64,000 nucleotides of DNA. Origin: an uncultured Actinomycetota bacterium (GTDB taxonomy: Bacteria; Actinomycetota; Actinomycetes; Frankiales; Frankiaceae). Shown here piece by piece: positions 9,159 to 18,539 of the stretch. Position 1 is the first letter of the stretch, and each line of letters begins with the position of its first letter. Below the pieces are notes generated by a model. The model was given only the letters and a program-made list of their open reading frames with translations, was not told where the DNA came from and did no database searches. The position numbers were made by a program, and so were the translations under genes. The stretch lies in assembly GCA_963711135.1 (NCBI GenBank), contig CAVQCZ010000005.1, forward strand, positions 163,149-227,148, read 5' to 3'.

Positions 9159-9185
9159 CACTGCCCGAGATCCTTCTCGCGTACG

Positions 9186-10481
9186 TCAGCCAACGCGCAG
9201 TGAGTGATTGGGGTCTTGGACGAGACCTGTGATGTGCAGCCGGCGGGGGTGGTAGCCGCTACGGTTTTCGCCGAGCCAGTAGGAGGCGTAGGCGAGGTAC
9301 AGCCGCCCGGTGGGTCCGACGACCGGTGAGGCGCCGCCTGGTCCCTGGCTGACGTCGTTCACCTTGCTGGAAAGCAGGGGAGCGACTCCGCCGGCGGGAC
9401 GGGTGCAGGCCGCGCGGGGACCCTGGCGGCAGATCGCGTACCCGGTGGCGTAATTACTGCGGCCGTCGCTGTCATTCCAGGCGGAGTCGTTGGCGGAATA
9501 GAACAGGTAGGTGACGCCGCCGTAGTAGAGCATCGACGGGTTCTCGATCGTGCTGCCTTCCCAGGCCGCGGCGCGGTTGGTCTGCAGCAGCGTGACGACG
9601 GGCGCGCCGGGAAGCGGCAGGCCGTTGCTGCCCAACTGCACTGATTTGATTGATGATTCGACGCCGCCGACCCTCCCGGCTGCCTTCCAGAGCAGGTAGT
9701 CCTTCCCCGTTGTCGGGTCGTGGTAGGGATAGGGGTCGATCGAGCCGGACGGGTCGGAGGCGACTGGCTGGCACTGGATCGGACGGATGCCACTGATGTC
9801 GCGGAACGGCCCCATCGGGCTGGCCGCGCTCGCGACGGTGAGGCAGAAACGCCCGTAGCCGTGGGGATCTCTCGGGTCGCCCGCGGCGCTCGTCCTCACG
9901 GCGGAGTAGGCGTACCACGTGGTCGCTGACGGTGTGGTGATGCTGAACACCGATGCGGCCCAGTACGTCTCCTGCTGCCATTTGTTGCCCGCGACCGCGG
10001 TCTTCAAGCCCCAGGCGGCGGGACGTACCAGCGCGTCGTTGTTGAAGAACTCATTCCACGGGGTGTCCCCGTAGGCGAGCAACTCCGGTGGGACGCCGTT
10101 GGTCCAGTTCGGATCGTTCGGGCTGGAGGCGCTGCTCCAGTTCCGGTGGATGGTCCACGTCTTCAGGTCGGTGCTGGTGAGCACGCCCAGATACCTGCCT
10201 CCGGCGGAGGAGCTGTAGGCGTAATAGGTGTTGCCGATTCGCAGGATGTCCGGATCGCCGAAGTCGCCCTGCCAGGTCAGGCCGCCCTGGAACCAGCCAT
10301 GCGGAAGGGTTGCCGACGCGTTGTTGGCATCAAGCGTCGGCGCCACCGGGGTGCCCTTGGGCACGCACGCGGCGATGCCCGCGAAACCCACAAGTGCGAC
10401 CAGCGCCGGGACGGCCCTGCGCCAGCGCAGCCACCTTGACCTCATGCGGACCTCAATCAGCGTTGAACTGCGCTTCATCAC
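9186..10481 (-). CDS. GH43-like five-bladed beta-propeller glycoside hydrolase, lipoprotein
   Basis: A lipobox is present (GFAGIAAC). The sequence shows an N-terminal GDPDILRIGNTYYAY motif and a later EGSTIENPSMLYYGGVTYLFYSAN motif, both typical of GH43 as I remember the family. The true start may be the ATG at 10478 or the one at 10445. Confidence 0.6.
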   Translation of the reverse strand: MMKRSSTLIEVRMRSRWLRWRRAVPALVALVGFAGIAACVPKGTPVAPTLDANNASATLPHGWFQGGLTWQGDFGDPDILRIGNTYYAYSSSAGGRYLGVLTSTDLKTWTIHRNWSSASSPNDPNWTNGVPPELLAYGDTPWNEFFNNDALVRPAAWGLKTAVAGNKWQQETYWAASVFSITTPSATTWYAYSAVRTSAAGDPRDPHGYGRFCLTVASAASPMGPFRDISGIRPIQCQPVASDPSGSIDPYPYHDPTTGKDYLLWKAAGRVGGVESSIKSVQLGSNGLPLPGAPVVTLLQTNRAAAWEGSTIENPSMLYYGGVTYLFYSANDSAWNDSDGRSNYATGYAICRQGPRAACTRPAGGVAPLLSSKVNDVSQGPGGASPVVGPTGRLYLAYASYWLGENRSGYHPRRLHITGLVQDPNHSLRVG

Positions 10482-10721
10482 CGGGTGGCGTTTCGCGTGG
10501 GGCAGATCGTCCGGGCCCTCGTAGGACGTTAGGGCATGTTTGGCGGTCTGTTCGCGGATTTCGAATTTACGGCGGTTTAGGCGCAGGAGGTCCGGGCAAC
10601 TCTCGGCACGCGCGATTTCGAGCCGACCACGTCTCGCCGCTCATTATTTGTAGAGCGTGTAAATAGCTGGCGGTCGCGGGTGAATCGGGCTGCGGGATTG
10701 TCGCGGCCCGCAATGATCCCG

Positions 10722-11951
10722 TCAGCTGTGGGGAACGACGTAGAAGACCCAGCTGATTGCGCTCGATCCGCTGCCCAGGATGGCGTGCCAGCGACCTGCG
10801 GCGAGCGGGTTACGCGCGAAGACGAAAACTGCGTGATCGCCCTGCAGGATTTGCCGTCCGGTGGGTCCGTAGACCGGATCACTCGTCTGATAATTGACGC
10901 TGTCGATGACGCACAGCGTGTTGTTCGTCGACGAAAGGATCGACCTGCCGTTAAGGCTCATCAGCGCGGGGGGAACCGACGTCGGATTATCCGGAAGCAT
11001 GGCGATAACCGGGAGACCCCACCAGCCGCTGGCACCGCCGGGACAGGCTTCCCGGGGATCGGGCGATTCACCGCCGTACGAGTTCAGCCCGACGACCTCG
11101 TTGTTGCCGGGAAACACGATCGGAGTCCTGATGGTGCCGTCGCCGGTGAGCCCGGAGATCACATTCAGCCCGGCACCGCTCGAGCTGGCGGCGAACGCGG
11201 ATTGTTCAAGGCCGGGCCGAAGGATCCCGATCGCGTGGAACGGAGCGGTCATCCAAATCTCGACGATCGCCCGCTGGGCTCCGGGATTCAGGAAGCCCTC
11301 GACGAGATTCGACGCGCCGGCTTGCTCCGCCCCGGCCTGGGTGTAGTAGGGGCTGGCCGGGTTCTCGGTGTGCAGGCTTTGATACTGGCCGGTGAAATAG
11401 CTCGCAGGCGTGCGGCTCAAGTAGTTCAGATGCGCGTTGAGCCCCGCGGTCCAGCTGGTGTTTTCCGTGACTGGCGGGAGCCCGGAGCCGGCGCGGTAGT
11501 AGTTCAGCGTGGCAAGCCAGCTCGCTGCAGAGCTGAGCTGATCGGACGGCAGCACGCTGACGGCGCGGCAGCCGAGAAGTTGATTGGTTCCGGGCGTACG
11601 CACGAGGTTGTCGGCGGTAACGCACACGAGATGGCTTCCCGCCACGGCCGTAACGGCTTTGTCAAAACCATGATTCGGCCCGGCGGCGCCCTTGAGCGCT
11701 GCGACGTCCGGTCGGGGAAGGCTTGCCGTCACGACCGTTGGGTGGCCGTCGATGCTGATCGTGACCGGAATGGCGGCGTGGGCCGAATCCTGGTCCCAGG
11801 CCCAGCCGGTGACATGAATGGTTCCGCTGCCGGAACTCAATGAGAACGCTGCACTCAGCTGGTTGATGCCACCCTGCGGCTGGCAGGCGATCAAGCCCGC
11901 CGCCGCGACGGCCAACGCCGCGAAGCTCCCGATCAACCGACGGTTCCGCAT
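10722..11951 (-). CDS. Lipoprotein with a CAP/SCP-like domain
   Basis: The signal and lipobox are MRNRRLIGSFAALAVAAAGLIAC. The stretch LATLNYYRAGSGLPPVTENTSWTAGLNAHLNYL resembles the N-terminal motif of the CAP domain. The antisense 387-aa ORF is Arg/Gly-rich and I rejected it. Confidence 0.5.
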   Translation of the reverse strand: MRNRRLIGSFAALAVAAAGLIACQPQGGINQLSAAFSLSSGSGTIHVTGWAWDQDSAHAAIPVTISIDGHPTVVTASLPRPDVAALKGAAGPNHGFDKAVTAVAGSHLVCVTADNLVRTPGTNQLLGCRAVSVLPSDQLSSAASWLATLNYYRAGSGLPPVTENTSWTAGLNAHLNYLSRTPASYFTGQYQSLHTENPASPYYTQAGAEQAGASNLVEGFLNPGAQRAIVEIWMTAPFHAIGILRPGLEQSAFAASSSGAGLNVISGLTGDGTIRTPIVFPGNNEVVGLNSYGGESPDPREACPGGASGWWGLPVIAMLPDNPTSVPPALMSLNGRSILSSTNNTLCVIDSVNYQTSDPVYGPTGRQILQGDHAVFVFARNPLAAGRWHAILGSGSSAISWVFYVVPHS

Positions 11952-12180
11952 GTGCTCCTCGTCTCGAATGACATCGTGTGGCGCGGCCGCGGCGGCTTAG
12001 CCGATACGCAGCGACCAGCACTTCATGCGGACCCAAATCAACGTTAAAGCACCGCTGCCGGCGCGTCCGCTGAACGCCCGTATTTTCCTGGCACAGCCGC
12101 TCCTTAGCACAGCCGCTAACCGTTGAACCGAATTTCAGTAAAGCGGCGCGCCTATCTTCAGCGCCTGTCAGCATTCTTGC

Positions 12181-14862
12181 GTGCGCTTCAAGAGAACACG
12201 CCAGCTCATCGCCGTCAGCGCAATGTTCGGTGCTGCTTTGGGAGCCTTGAGCGCCTGCGGGACGCCGACCGTGCCTTTGCCGACCGGGCAGCCGGGAGCG
12301 GCTTTGATTTCGACAGGCCCCGGATCGCGGCAGGTCTTCTGGCGCGACCGGGCATCGCATCAGGTCTACTACCGAACCTTTTCTTCCGGCGGATGGTCTG
12401 CCCCGGTTTCACTCGGCAGCAACGTGATCCAGGGGGTCGGTGCCGCGGTCGACTCGGCCGGGGTAGTGACCATTGCGACGGTCGGGACGAACAAGGCCGT
12501 CATCGTGCGTACGCGGCAGCCAGGTGGCAGCTTCTCGCCGTGGCAAAACCTCGGCGGCGCGGCCTACAGCCAGCCGGCCGTGGTCGCCCCTGCGCCACAG
12601 GTGGTGCGCGTGCTGATGACCGGAGCCAACGGCATCCCGTACATGCGGACCGAAGACCATGGGCGCTGGGGAGCGTGGGTGAAGCTGCCAGGCGCCCTCA
12701 GTGAAGCGCCCGCCGCGGCAAGGCTTGCGAGCGGAGCACTCATCCTCGAAGGGATCGGAACCGACAAGGGCCTTTACGAGCTGGCGATCTCCGCCGGCGG
12801 AATTCCCGTCGGCAGCTGGGCCAAGCAGGGAGGCCGTTGGGCGAGCACACCGGCCGTTACCGTCGATCCGGCCACCGGCGATCGAACCGTAGCGGTGCGC
12901 AACGTGTTCGGAGTCCCCGAAACAAGGACGTTTCTCAACGCCCGTCAGGTGTGGACCGCCTGGAGCGCCGTCGGCTCGACGGCTGTCGTTTCGGGTCTGA
13001 CCATGACTCGTTCCGGATCAACGACTGTCATCGCAGCGTTCGACCGGGCGGGTTCCTTGGACGAGACGACTACCGACGATGTCGAGGCTGCGACGCCCGC
13101 GTGGTCGGGGCTGCGACCGATCAGCACGCTCATCGTTCCTCCAACGACGAAGGCCGTTTCTCCAGCCGCGGTCAGCGCGGTCGTCAACGCGCCTGGCGGG
13201 ACTCAGACGGTGACGCTGGCGAGCTCAGCACCGGCAGTGGCGCCCGGTGACATCATCGCCTCCGACATCGGCGCCAACACACCCGATGGGCTGCTGGCCA
13301 AGGTCACCGGCGTGACGACCGATCCGGCTACCGGGGCGAGCACGGTGACGACCACGCCGGCGACTTTGCCGGAAGCCGTGGCCAACGGCAGCTTTGATGT
13401 GTCCGCCAGCCAAACGAGCGGCCAGCTGCAGCCGGCGATCGCAGCACCGAACACCACTCCACACCTCAGCCTGGCTCCGCGCGCCACGAATGGCAGCGTC
13501 GTTCAAGCCATCAGCAAGAACGTGTCCTGCTCGGGAAGCGCGTCAGCGAGTATCACCGGGTCGATCAGCGTCGTGCCCAGCTTTCATCTGTCTGGATCGT
13601 GGAGCCTGTTCGGCGGGGTGACTGCCGCGAGCTTCACGGGGACGGTCACCGAAGACGCCGATTTGAAGGCGGCTCTCACCGGGGCGGGCAGCTGCAACCT
13701 GGCAGCAACTCCGCTGCTGCCGAAGCCCATCAAGTTCAGCCCCATCACGTTCACCGTCGGGCCGATCCCCGTGGTCGTCGAGCCCGAACTGCAGTTCTAT
13801 CTCGACGGCAAGGGGAGTATCAGCGCGTCCGTCACTACGGAAGCCCGCCAGCGGCTGACCGCGACCGCCGGGCTCAACTGGACCAAGTCCGGCGGGCTTC
13901 ATCCGGTCAGCGGGCTCACGAACACGCAATCGTTCACGCCTCCGACGGCGACCGCCAACGCCGGCGTGGAGGTGGGAGTGGCGCCGAAACTCTCGTTGCT
14001 CCTCTACGGGCTCGCCGGGCCTGAGATCGATACTCGTGGCTATCTGAAATTCTCCGCTGACACGTCTCAAAGACCATGGTGGACGCTCAAGGCAGGGCTT
14101 TCCGCGGGTGCATCCCTGGTCATCCCAGCACTCAAAGTGAGCTTCGGAAATCCCCGCATCATCGGTTTTGAGAAGACCCTGGCGCAAGCCACCACCACGC
14201 CGCCCGGCGGCGGCACCCCGGCCCTTACCGTCACCCCCGCGTCCGGCCCGTACGGCATTGAACCGACCGTGACTTCGGCCAAAGCCTGTCCGGTGGCGAG
14301 CGGCGGAAGCGCGGTCATCAGCATCACCCAGAACTTCGCGCCGCCGACAAGCAGTTCCACCTACTCCAACTCCGTGCCACTCGCGGCGAACGGCTCCTGG
14401 AGCTATGTCGACGGAATCGGTATTTGGGGCATCACCCCCGGAGACATCCCGGTCACTTCCGTGAACTATGCGGTGACCTGCCGGGACGCCGGCGGGCATA
14501 CCACTCAGCAGTATCAGCCAGCCACGGTCCAGCTGAGCGCAGGGCTCACCTTGACGGGCGGGCTCAGCCAGACCCTCGGCAATGGCAGCCACGTCGTCAC
14601 CATTCGGCCCAACGCCGGCTGCCCGATCGCGGCGACCTCCGTCCAGATCACCGCCACGTACTTGGATTTCAGCGCCGCCCAGCAGAGCGAACCAAGCGTG
14701 AGCGTGACAGTTCCAGCGAACGGATCGCAGCTATGGGGCCCGGCCAACGTGACGCTTCCCGCCTCGCCGACGGGCTCGAACTACGTGGCGGCTTATGCCG
14801 AGTGTGACCAAGCCGGGGCCACCCCGAGATTCTTCTATACCGCGGTGAACTTCCTCATCTGA
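12181..14862 (+). CDS. Large lipoprotein with N-terminal Trp-rich propeller/lectin-like repeats
   Basis: A lipobox is present (GALSAC). The N-terminal roughly 270 aa contain repeated GGWS.P..LG / G.WG.W..LPG motifs, which resemble DUF346/PLL-type repeats. I do not recognise the remainder. Confidence 0.6.
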   Translation: MRFKRTRQLIAVSAMFGAALGALSACGTPTVPLPTGQPGAALISTGPGSRQVFWRDRASHQVYYRTFSSGGWSAPVSLGSNVIQGVGAAVDSAGVVTIATVGTNKAVIVRTRQPGGSFSPWQNLGGAAYSQPAVVAPAPQVVRVLMTGANGIPYMRTEDHGRWGAWVKLPGALSEAPAAARLASGALILEGIGTDKGLYELAISAGGIPVGSWAKQGGRWASTPAVTVDPATGDRTVAVRNVFGVPETRTFLNARQVWTAWSAVGSTAVVSGLTMTRSGSTTVIAAFDRAGSLDETTTDDVEAATPAWSGLRPISTLIVPPTTKAVSPAAVSAVVNAPGGTQTVTLASSAPAVAPGDIIASDIGANTPDGLLAKVTGVTTDPATGASTVTTTPATLPEAVANGSFDVSASQTSGQLQPAIAAPNTTPHLSLAPRATNGSVVQAISKNVSCSGSASASITGSISVVPSFHLSGSWSLFGGVTAASFTGTVTEDADLKAALTGAGSCNLAATPLLPKPIKFSPITFTVGPIPVVVEPELQFYLDGKGSISASVTTEARQRLTATAGLNWTKSGGLHPVSGLTNTQSFTPPTATANAGVEVGVAPKLSLLLYGLAGPEIDTRGYLKFSADTSQRPWWTLKAGLSAGASLVIPALKVSFGNPRIIGFEKTLAQATTTPPGGGTPALTVTPASGPYGIEPTVTSAKACPVASGGSAVISITQNFAPPTSSSTYSNSVPLAANGSWSYVDGIGIWGITPGDIPVTSVNYAVTCRDAGGHTTQQYQPATVQLSAGLTLTGGLSQTLGNGSHVVTIRPNAGCPIAATSVQITATYLDFSAAQQSEPSVSVTVPANGSQLWGPANVTLPASPTGSNYVAAYAECDQAGATPRFFYTAVNFLI

Positions 14863-15808
14863 CCCTCGGCGGCGCCGGCAGTGCCGAGTTCGTGACGCCC
14901 GGTGGCCCCGGTACGGCAGCAGGTGGGGTCTTGACGTGTGTCGCGATCAGCATGCAGAATCCGTGCTGCGTGACCTTCCACTGGCCGCCGACCTTGACCG
15001 CGCCTTGACCGCCGCTGATACCTGTCGACCCTGGACGTTCGAAGGTCAGCGAGTAGGTGACGTCCGCGTGACTAGCGTCGCTGAACAGGACCCGGTCGAC
15101 CGCGATCCGAACGGTGCGAGCCGTCTGCGGCTCCCGCCTTTTGAAGTCGGCCAAAACGGGAGCTAGCGACTGCCCGTTTTCGACTGCCGCAAGAACGGTC
15201 GCATCCGGCGTCCCACCTGTGAATGCGTCAGCGAAAGCCTGCCGTATCAGGGCTTCGTCCTGCGCGCTCGGCAGGCTCGGTTGGCCGGGGTGAACGACGA
15301 GGCCGGCGGCCATGCGCTGCGCATCGGAAGCCGTCGCTCCGAAAGTCGCGGAGATGGTCACCGTGAGGCCTGGCTGCTCGACCCATTGCAGGTAGTACGT
15401 CGGGGCTGGGAAAGCCGGAGTGCCGTCGGCCGGCAGCGACGCGAGCAGCCCCCCGTGCCCTCGGACGGCAACGTGAGTCGGAGAAAACCCGTTTTCGGAG
15501 GCCAGGTTCAGGGCTGACGGTGCGCCTCGCTCCACCAGCAGCGACAGTCGTGGAGCGGCCTTGTCCCCGGCCGTTCCACGAAAGTCCTGTGACGCCGAGG
15601 AACTCTGCCCAGCCGGCCTCAGACTCGCGCGTTCCGCCGTGAAACCTGGCGGCACCCAGGTGACACCGATCCCCGACAGTCGCGCGATCTCGGCCACCGT
15701 GCTGACGCTGGGCGAATGGGCCGGCGCTTTAAGGGCAGATGACGACCCATCGGCGCAGCCAGTCATCACTGCGAAGGCGGCAAGGCAAGCCAGGAATCGA
15801 GGGCTCAC
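14855..15808 (-). CDS. Lipoprotein, unknown function
   Basis: The sequence starts MSPRFLACLAAFAVMTGCADGSS, which contains a lipobox. It converges on the previous gene with an 8-nt overlap. Confidence 0.6.
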   Translation of the reverse strand: MSPRFLACLAAFAVMTGCADGSSSALKAPAHSPSVSTVAEIARLSGIGVTWVPPGFTAERASLRPAGQSSSASQDFRGTAGDKAAPRLSLLVERGAPSALNLASENGFSPTHVAVRGHGGLLASLPADGTPAFPAPTYYLQWVEQPGLTVTISATFGATASDAQRMAAGLVVHPGQPSLPSAQDEALIRQAFADAFTGGTPDATVLAAVENGQSLAPVLADFKRREPQTARTVRIAVDRVLFSDASHADVTYSLTFERPGSTGISGGQGAVKVGGQWKVTQHGFCMLIATHVKTPPAAVPGPPGVTNSALPAPPRVR

Positions 15809-16127
15809 AGTCTCCCTACTGAGCCTCGTCGGTCAGACGCAGGAGTCATCGGCGGACGTCAGTCTCGCACAAACCTTCCCCACATTTCACGCTCGGCAGC
15901 GCGGCGTCAGGTCGGTAGTGGGGAGGCAGGGCGGTAGTCTCCCGAGACCCCCGGGGGTGACGTTGCACAAGACGACGTAGCGGGCGCCGACGCTGGACCC
16001 TTCCGGGACCTGACCCGGATGAACGAACGGCCCGCGAGGCGGCTACGGGTCGGCGACCCCTGTTGTCGGCGCTGGCAAGTTTGCGCCTTCAACCGGCCCA
16101 GGAGGCCACACCGGTCGTTCAGCCGGC

Positions 16128-16634
16128 GTGGTAACCAGTGCGACGCATGCCAACCGGACCATCACAGGCATCCTACGTTACATGTTGCGTAGGACGGTGG
16201 TTTCGGGTTACCGTACAGAGGTGGTGGACAGGGTGGTTGTCGGGGGGCTCGCGGGGTTCGCCTCCTCTTTCGAGGTTGTGCAGAGCGAGCGGCTGAACCG
16301 CGCCCCGGCGGCTGTCGTGCAATCTGTTGCCTCCCGGGGAGCGGCGGAGATACGCCGGTATTCGAAAGGCACCGCCTACCTCATTGGCGCTGACCTGGCC
16401 GATGACCTGGTGCAAAAGGCGAGCGAGCACGACGAGTTCATTCGCGACTTCGTTGCCTGCCGTCCGTATCTACGGGCTGCGGTGACAGCTGGTGTGGACC
16501 CGCTGGAAGCGCTGGAGACGCTCCTGGACGTCGAGCCGGCCGGTCATCTGGCAGTGCGCTGGCAGGGTCTGGCTGAGCTGATGAGCCGTACCCCTGTGGC
16601 CCTTGTCGCCGGCGAGGACGGCGCCGCGACCTGA
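16128..16634 (+). CDS. Hypothetical protein
   Basis: This is a 168-aa ORF with protein-like composition. A near-palindrome overlaps its first codons, so the start may be the ATG at 16182. It may be fused to the next ORF by a 1-nt frame error. Confidence 0.4.
   Translation: MVTSATHANRTITGILRYMLRRTVVSGYRTEVVDRVVVGGLAGFASSFEVVQSERLNRAPAAVVQSVASRGAAEIRRYSKGTAYLIGADLADDLVQKASEHDEFIRDFVACRPYLRAAVTAGVDPLEALETLLDVEPAGHLAVRWQGLAELMSRTPVALVAGEDGAAT
16171..16194. promoter_or_regulatory. 24-bp near-palindrome TCCTACGTTACA|TGTTGCGTAGGA
   Basis: 10 of 12 positions are self-complementary, with an ACATGT core. It lies at the 5' end of the 16128 ORF. Confidence 0.3.
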
Positions 16635-16765
16635 CCAAACAGTCGAAGGCGCAACGCGCGGCGGTCATAGCCGGCTGGAAGCTCGTCAACGACGAGCCGA
16701 GGGTCGCGTTTGCCAACTTCGCCTACCTGCCGGCGTCCGGTGCCGCTGGCTCCCTGAACCACGAC

Positions 16766-16990
16766 ATGTACGCCGATTTCCGGCAGGTTCGACGGGTGCG
16801 ATACGACGACCTCATGACCGCTGGCCGGATCGCGGCCATGGACCACGACGCCCGGGTCGCATTCATCCGCCGCGAGATGTACTACAAGTACCGCTGGATA
16901 GTCCCGATGGCTGACGTGCGGGCGCTCGAGGCGACACGCATTCTTGCCGACCCGGCGTTCGCCGGGCCAAAGCCCGCCTGGGCGAAGTAG
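16766..16990 (+). CDS. Hypothetical protein, possibly N-terminally longer
   Basis: The frame is open from 16577. The translation from 16634 (TKQSKAQRAAVIAGWKLVNDEPRVAFANFAYLP...) looks coding, but no ATG, GTG or TTG occurs before 16766. Confidence 0.35.
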   Translation: MYADFRQVRRVRYDDLMTAGRIAAMDHDARVAFIRREMYYKYRWIVPMADVRALEATRILADPAFAGPKPAWAK

Positions 16991-17449
16991 GCGGCTCGGG
17001 GCACTCGTTTCCGCGCACGAGCGCAACCCCACCGTGACCGACATAGGTTCATTTGTTCGCGCTCGGCAAGGAATGTGCAACGGACGCAGGGGAACTCGCC
17101 CACCCTTGGGCTGTCGGTGCGGCGCGCCGTAGCAGGCTGCGCTCAGCAAGAAGGGGCTGCGCCGAGTGTCTCACCGCCCGGCGCCGGCCCCTTCCGCTGC
17201 GGGACAGTTTCACGGGCGTCGTACTCGCCTCCACTGCCCAACGCGGACAGTGTCGGCACGCCCGGGTCCACGACACCACCGGCTCCACACCATCGGTCAT
17301 GCGCTGGCAGCATCTCCTCAGACCGTGAGGGTTGGGGTCGCCGCAGACCGCGCGGGCTTTGGCGGCGGCACCACTTGTGCAGCCAGCTGTGCCTGCCGGA
17401 TCCCGTCTGTCCGACTCCTGTAGTACAGTGTGTAACACAGGAGGTCGTG

Positions 17450-17869
17450 GTGTCGCTCGATGACTTGATCAAAGCGCTCGACGACGATTCCGCCGGCACG
17501 ACGACGAGTTCAGTCCGGCAGACGATCGGGCTGCGTCGCGCCGTCGCCGAAGCCGTGGGCATGGGCCTTGCCGAATCGGCCAACGACCTGACCAATGAGG
17601 CGCTGCGCGGCGTGCTGGACGCCTTCGCTCAGCGGCAGGCTTTGGAGCAGACATATGCCGAGCGGCCCGAGCTGCGTCCGACGTTGGCCGAGGTAGCAGC
17701 AGCGCTAGCGGTAATGGACCGCTCACCGCTGGTCGATCGGCCTGATCTGCTGGCTCGCGCCGAGCAGGAGCTGGCGGCCTGGCGGCCCGGGGCCGGCGCC
17801 GAGGACGTCCTGGTCTGGGCGACCAGCCTGTTGGCCCACGAGGCAGCTTCCGCGGCAGTCGGAGCCTGA
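17450..17869 (+). CDS. Candidate antitoxin of the downstream PIN gene
   Basis: An AGGAGG RBS (17439-17444) sits 5 nt before the GTG at 17450. The gene stops 3 nt before the PIN gene starts. The long track ORF from 17075 is Arg/Pro-rich upstream of this point. Confidence 0.5.
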   Translation: MSLDDLIKALDDDSAGTTTSSVRQTIGLRRAVAEAVGMGLAESANDLTNEALRGVLDAFAQRQALEQTYAERPELRPTLAEVAAALAVMDRSPLVDRPDLLARAEQELAAWRPGAGAEDVLVWATSLLAHEAASAAVGA

Positions 17870-17872
17870 GCT

Positions 17873-18322
17873 GTGCCGGGACGCGCGAGACGCAGCCGCA
17901 GGGCGCACCCGACACACACCCTCGTACTGGACAACGAGGCAGTGCAGGCCCTGGCCGATCTGGCGCACCGCAAACACCGTCAGCTGCTCGCCTATGTGGA
18001 TGCGGCCGCGACGCGCAACGCTGTGCGGGCAGACACGGTGCGCATTCTCATCCCAGTAGCCGCGCGGGTCGAGGCCGGTGTGGCGCGATCATCGTCGGCC
18101 CTGCTCGGCCGCTACCGGGCCGTCGACACACCACTCGACGGCGCCCGTGCCGACCGCGCGGTACGCCTGCGGCTGGACGCCGGCGGCTCGGCGGTCGATG
18201 CTTGCGTCGCCGAGGTGGCGGTGACCGCCCCGGCCGGAGAGGTCACTGTGCTGACCTCGGATCTGACCGACCTTCCGCGGCTTGTGGCTGACCATCCTCG
18301 AGTACGCGTGCAGCATCTCTAG
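17873..18322 (+). CDS. PIN-domain toxin-like protein
   Basis: The protein is 149 aa. It shows LVLDNEAVQAL near the N-terminus, VDACVAEVAV in the middle and VTVLTSDLTDLPRL near the C-terminus. This matches the remembered pattern of the actinobacterial PIN family (VLDS...DA.V..A...VLTSD..D). Confidence 0.6.
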   Translation: MPGRARRSRRAHPTHTLVLDNEAVQALADLAHRKHRQLLAYVDAAATRNAVRADTVRILIPVAARVEAGVARSSSALLGRYRAVDTPLDGARADRAVRLRLDAGGSAVDACVAEVAVTAPAGEVTVLTSDLTDLPRLVADHPRVRVQHL

Positions 18323-18480
18323 AGCTGCGGTAAGCCGCCTGCTGCACGACCCTCGTCGGCCGGCAACGACTGCTCTGCGGCATGTGCAACGTCACCCCCC
18401 ACGTGTTGCCGTAGTGGAGTGGGCGGGGATAGCGGCCTCCGGCGGGGGCTGACGTCGCGTGCTTGCGTGATCCGGGTCAC

Positions 18481-18495
18481 TAATGTATAGCATTA
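18481..18495. promoter_or_regulatory. AT-rich inverted repeat TAATG-TATAG-CATTA upstream of the solute-binding protein gene
   Basis: It lies about 45 nt upstream of the ATG at 18540 and is unusually AT-rich for this genome. A small GCTTC-GGTTA-GAAGC hairpin follows it. Confidence 0.25.
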
Positions 18496-18539
18496 ATAGC
18501 TTCGGTTAGAAGCTGCTTCTGCTTCGGTCAGGAGACCGC

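Noticed and set aside
10680-11843. 387-aa plus-strand ORF
   Set aside because: It is antisense to the CAP-like lipoprotein gene. The minus frame has a lipobox signal and normal composition.
11662-12360. 232-aa minus-strand ORF spanning an intergenic region and two gene ends
   Set aside because: It is Arg-rich and overlaps the starts of two well-supported divergent lipoprotein genes.
13543-14592. 349-aa minus-strand ORF
   Set aside because: It is antisense to the 893-aa lipoprotein gene and is Arg/Gly-rich.
17075-17449. Long N-terminal extension of the antitoxin ORF (264 aa in the track)
   Set aside because: The extension is Arg/Pro/Ser-rich. AGGAGG plus the GTG at 17450 gives a compact, coupled gene pair.
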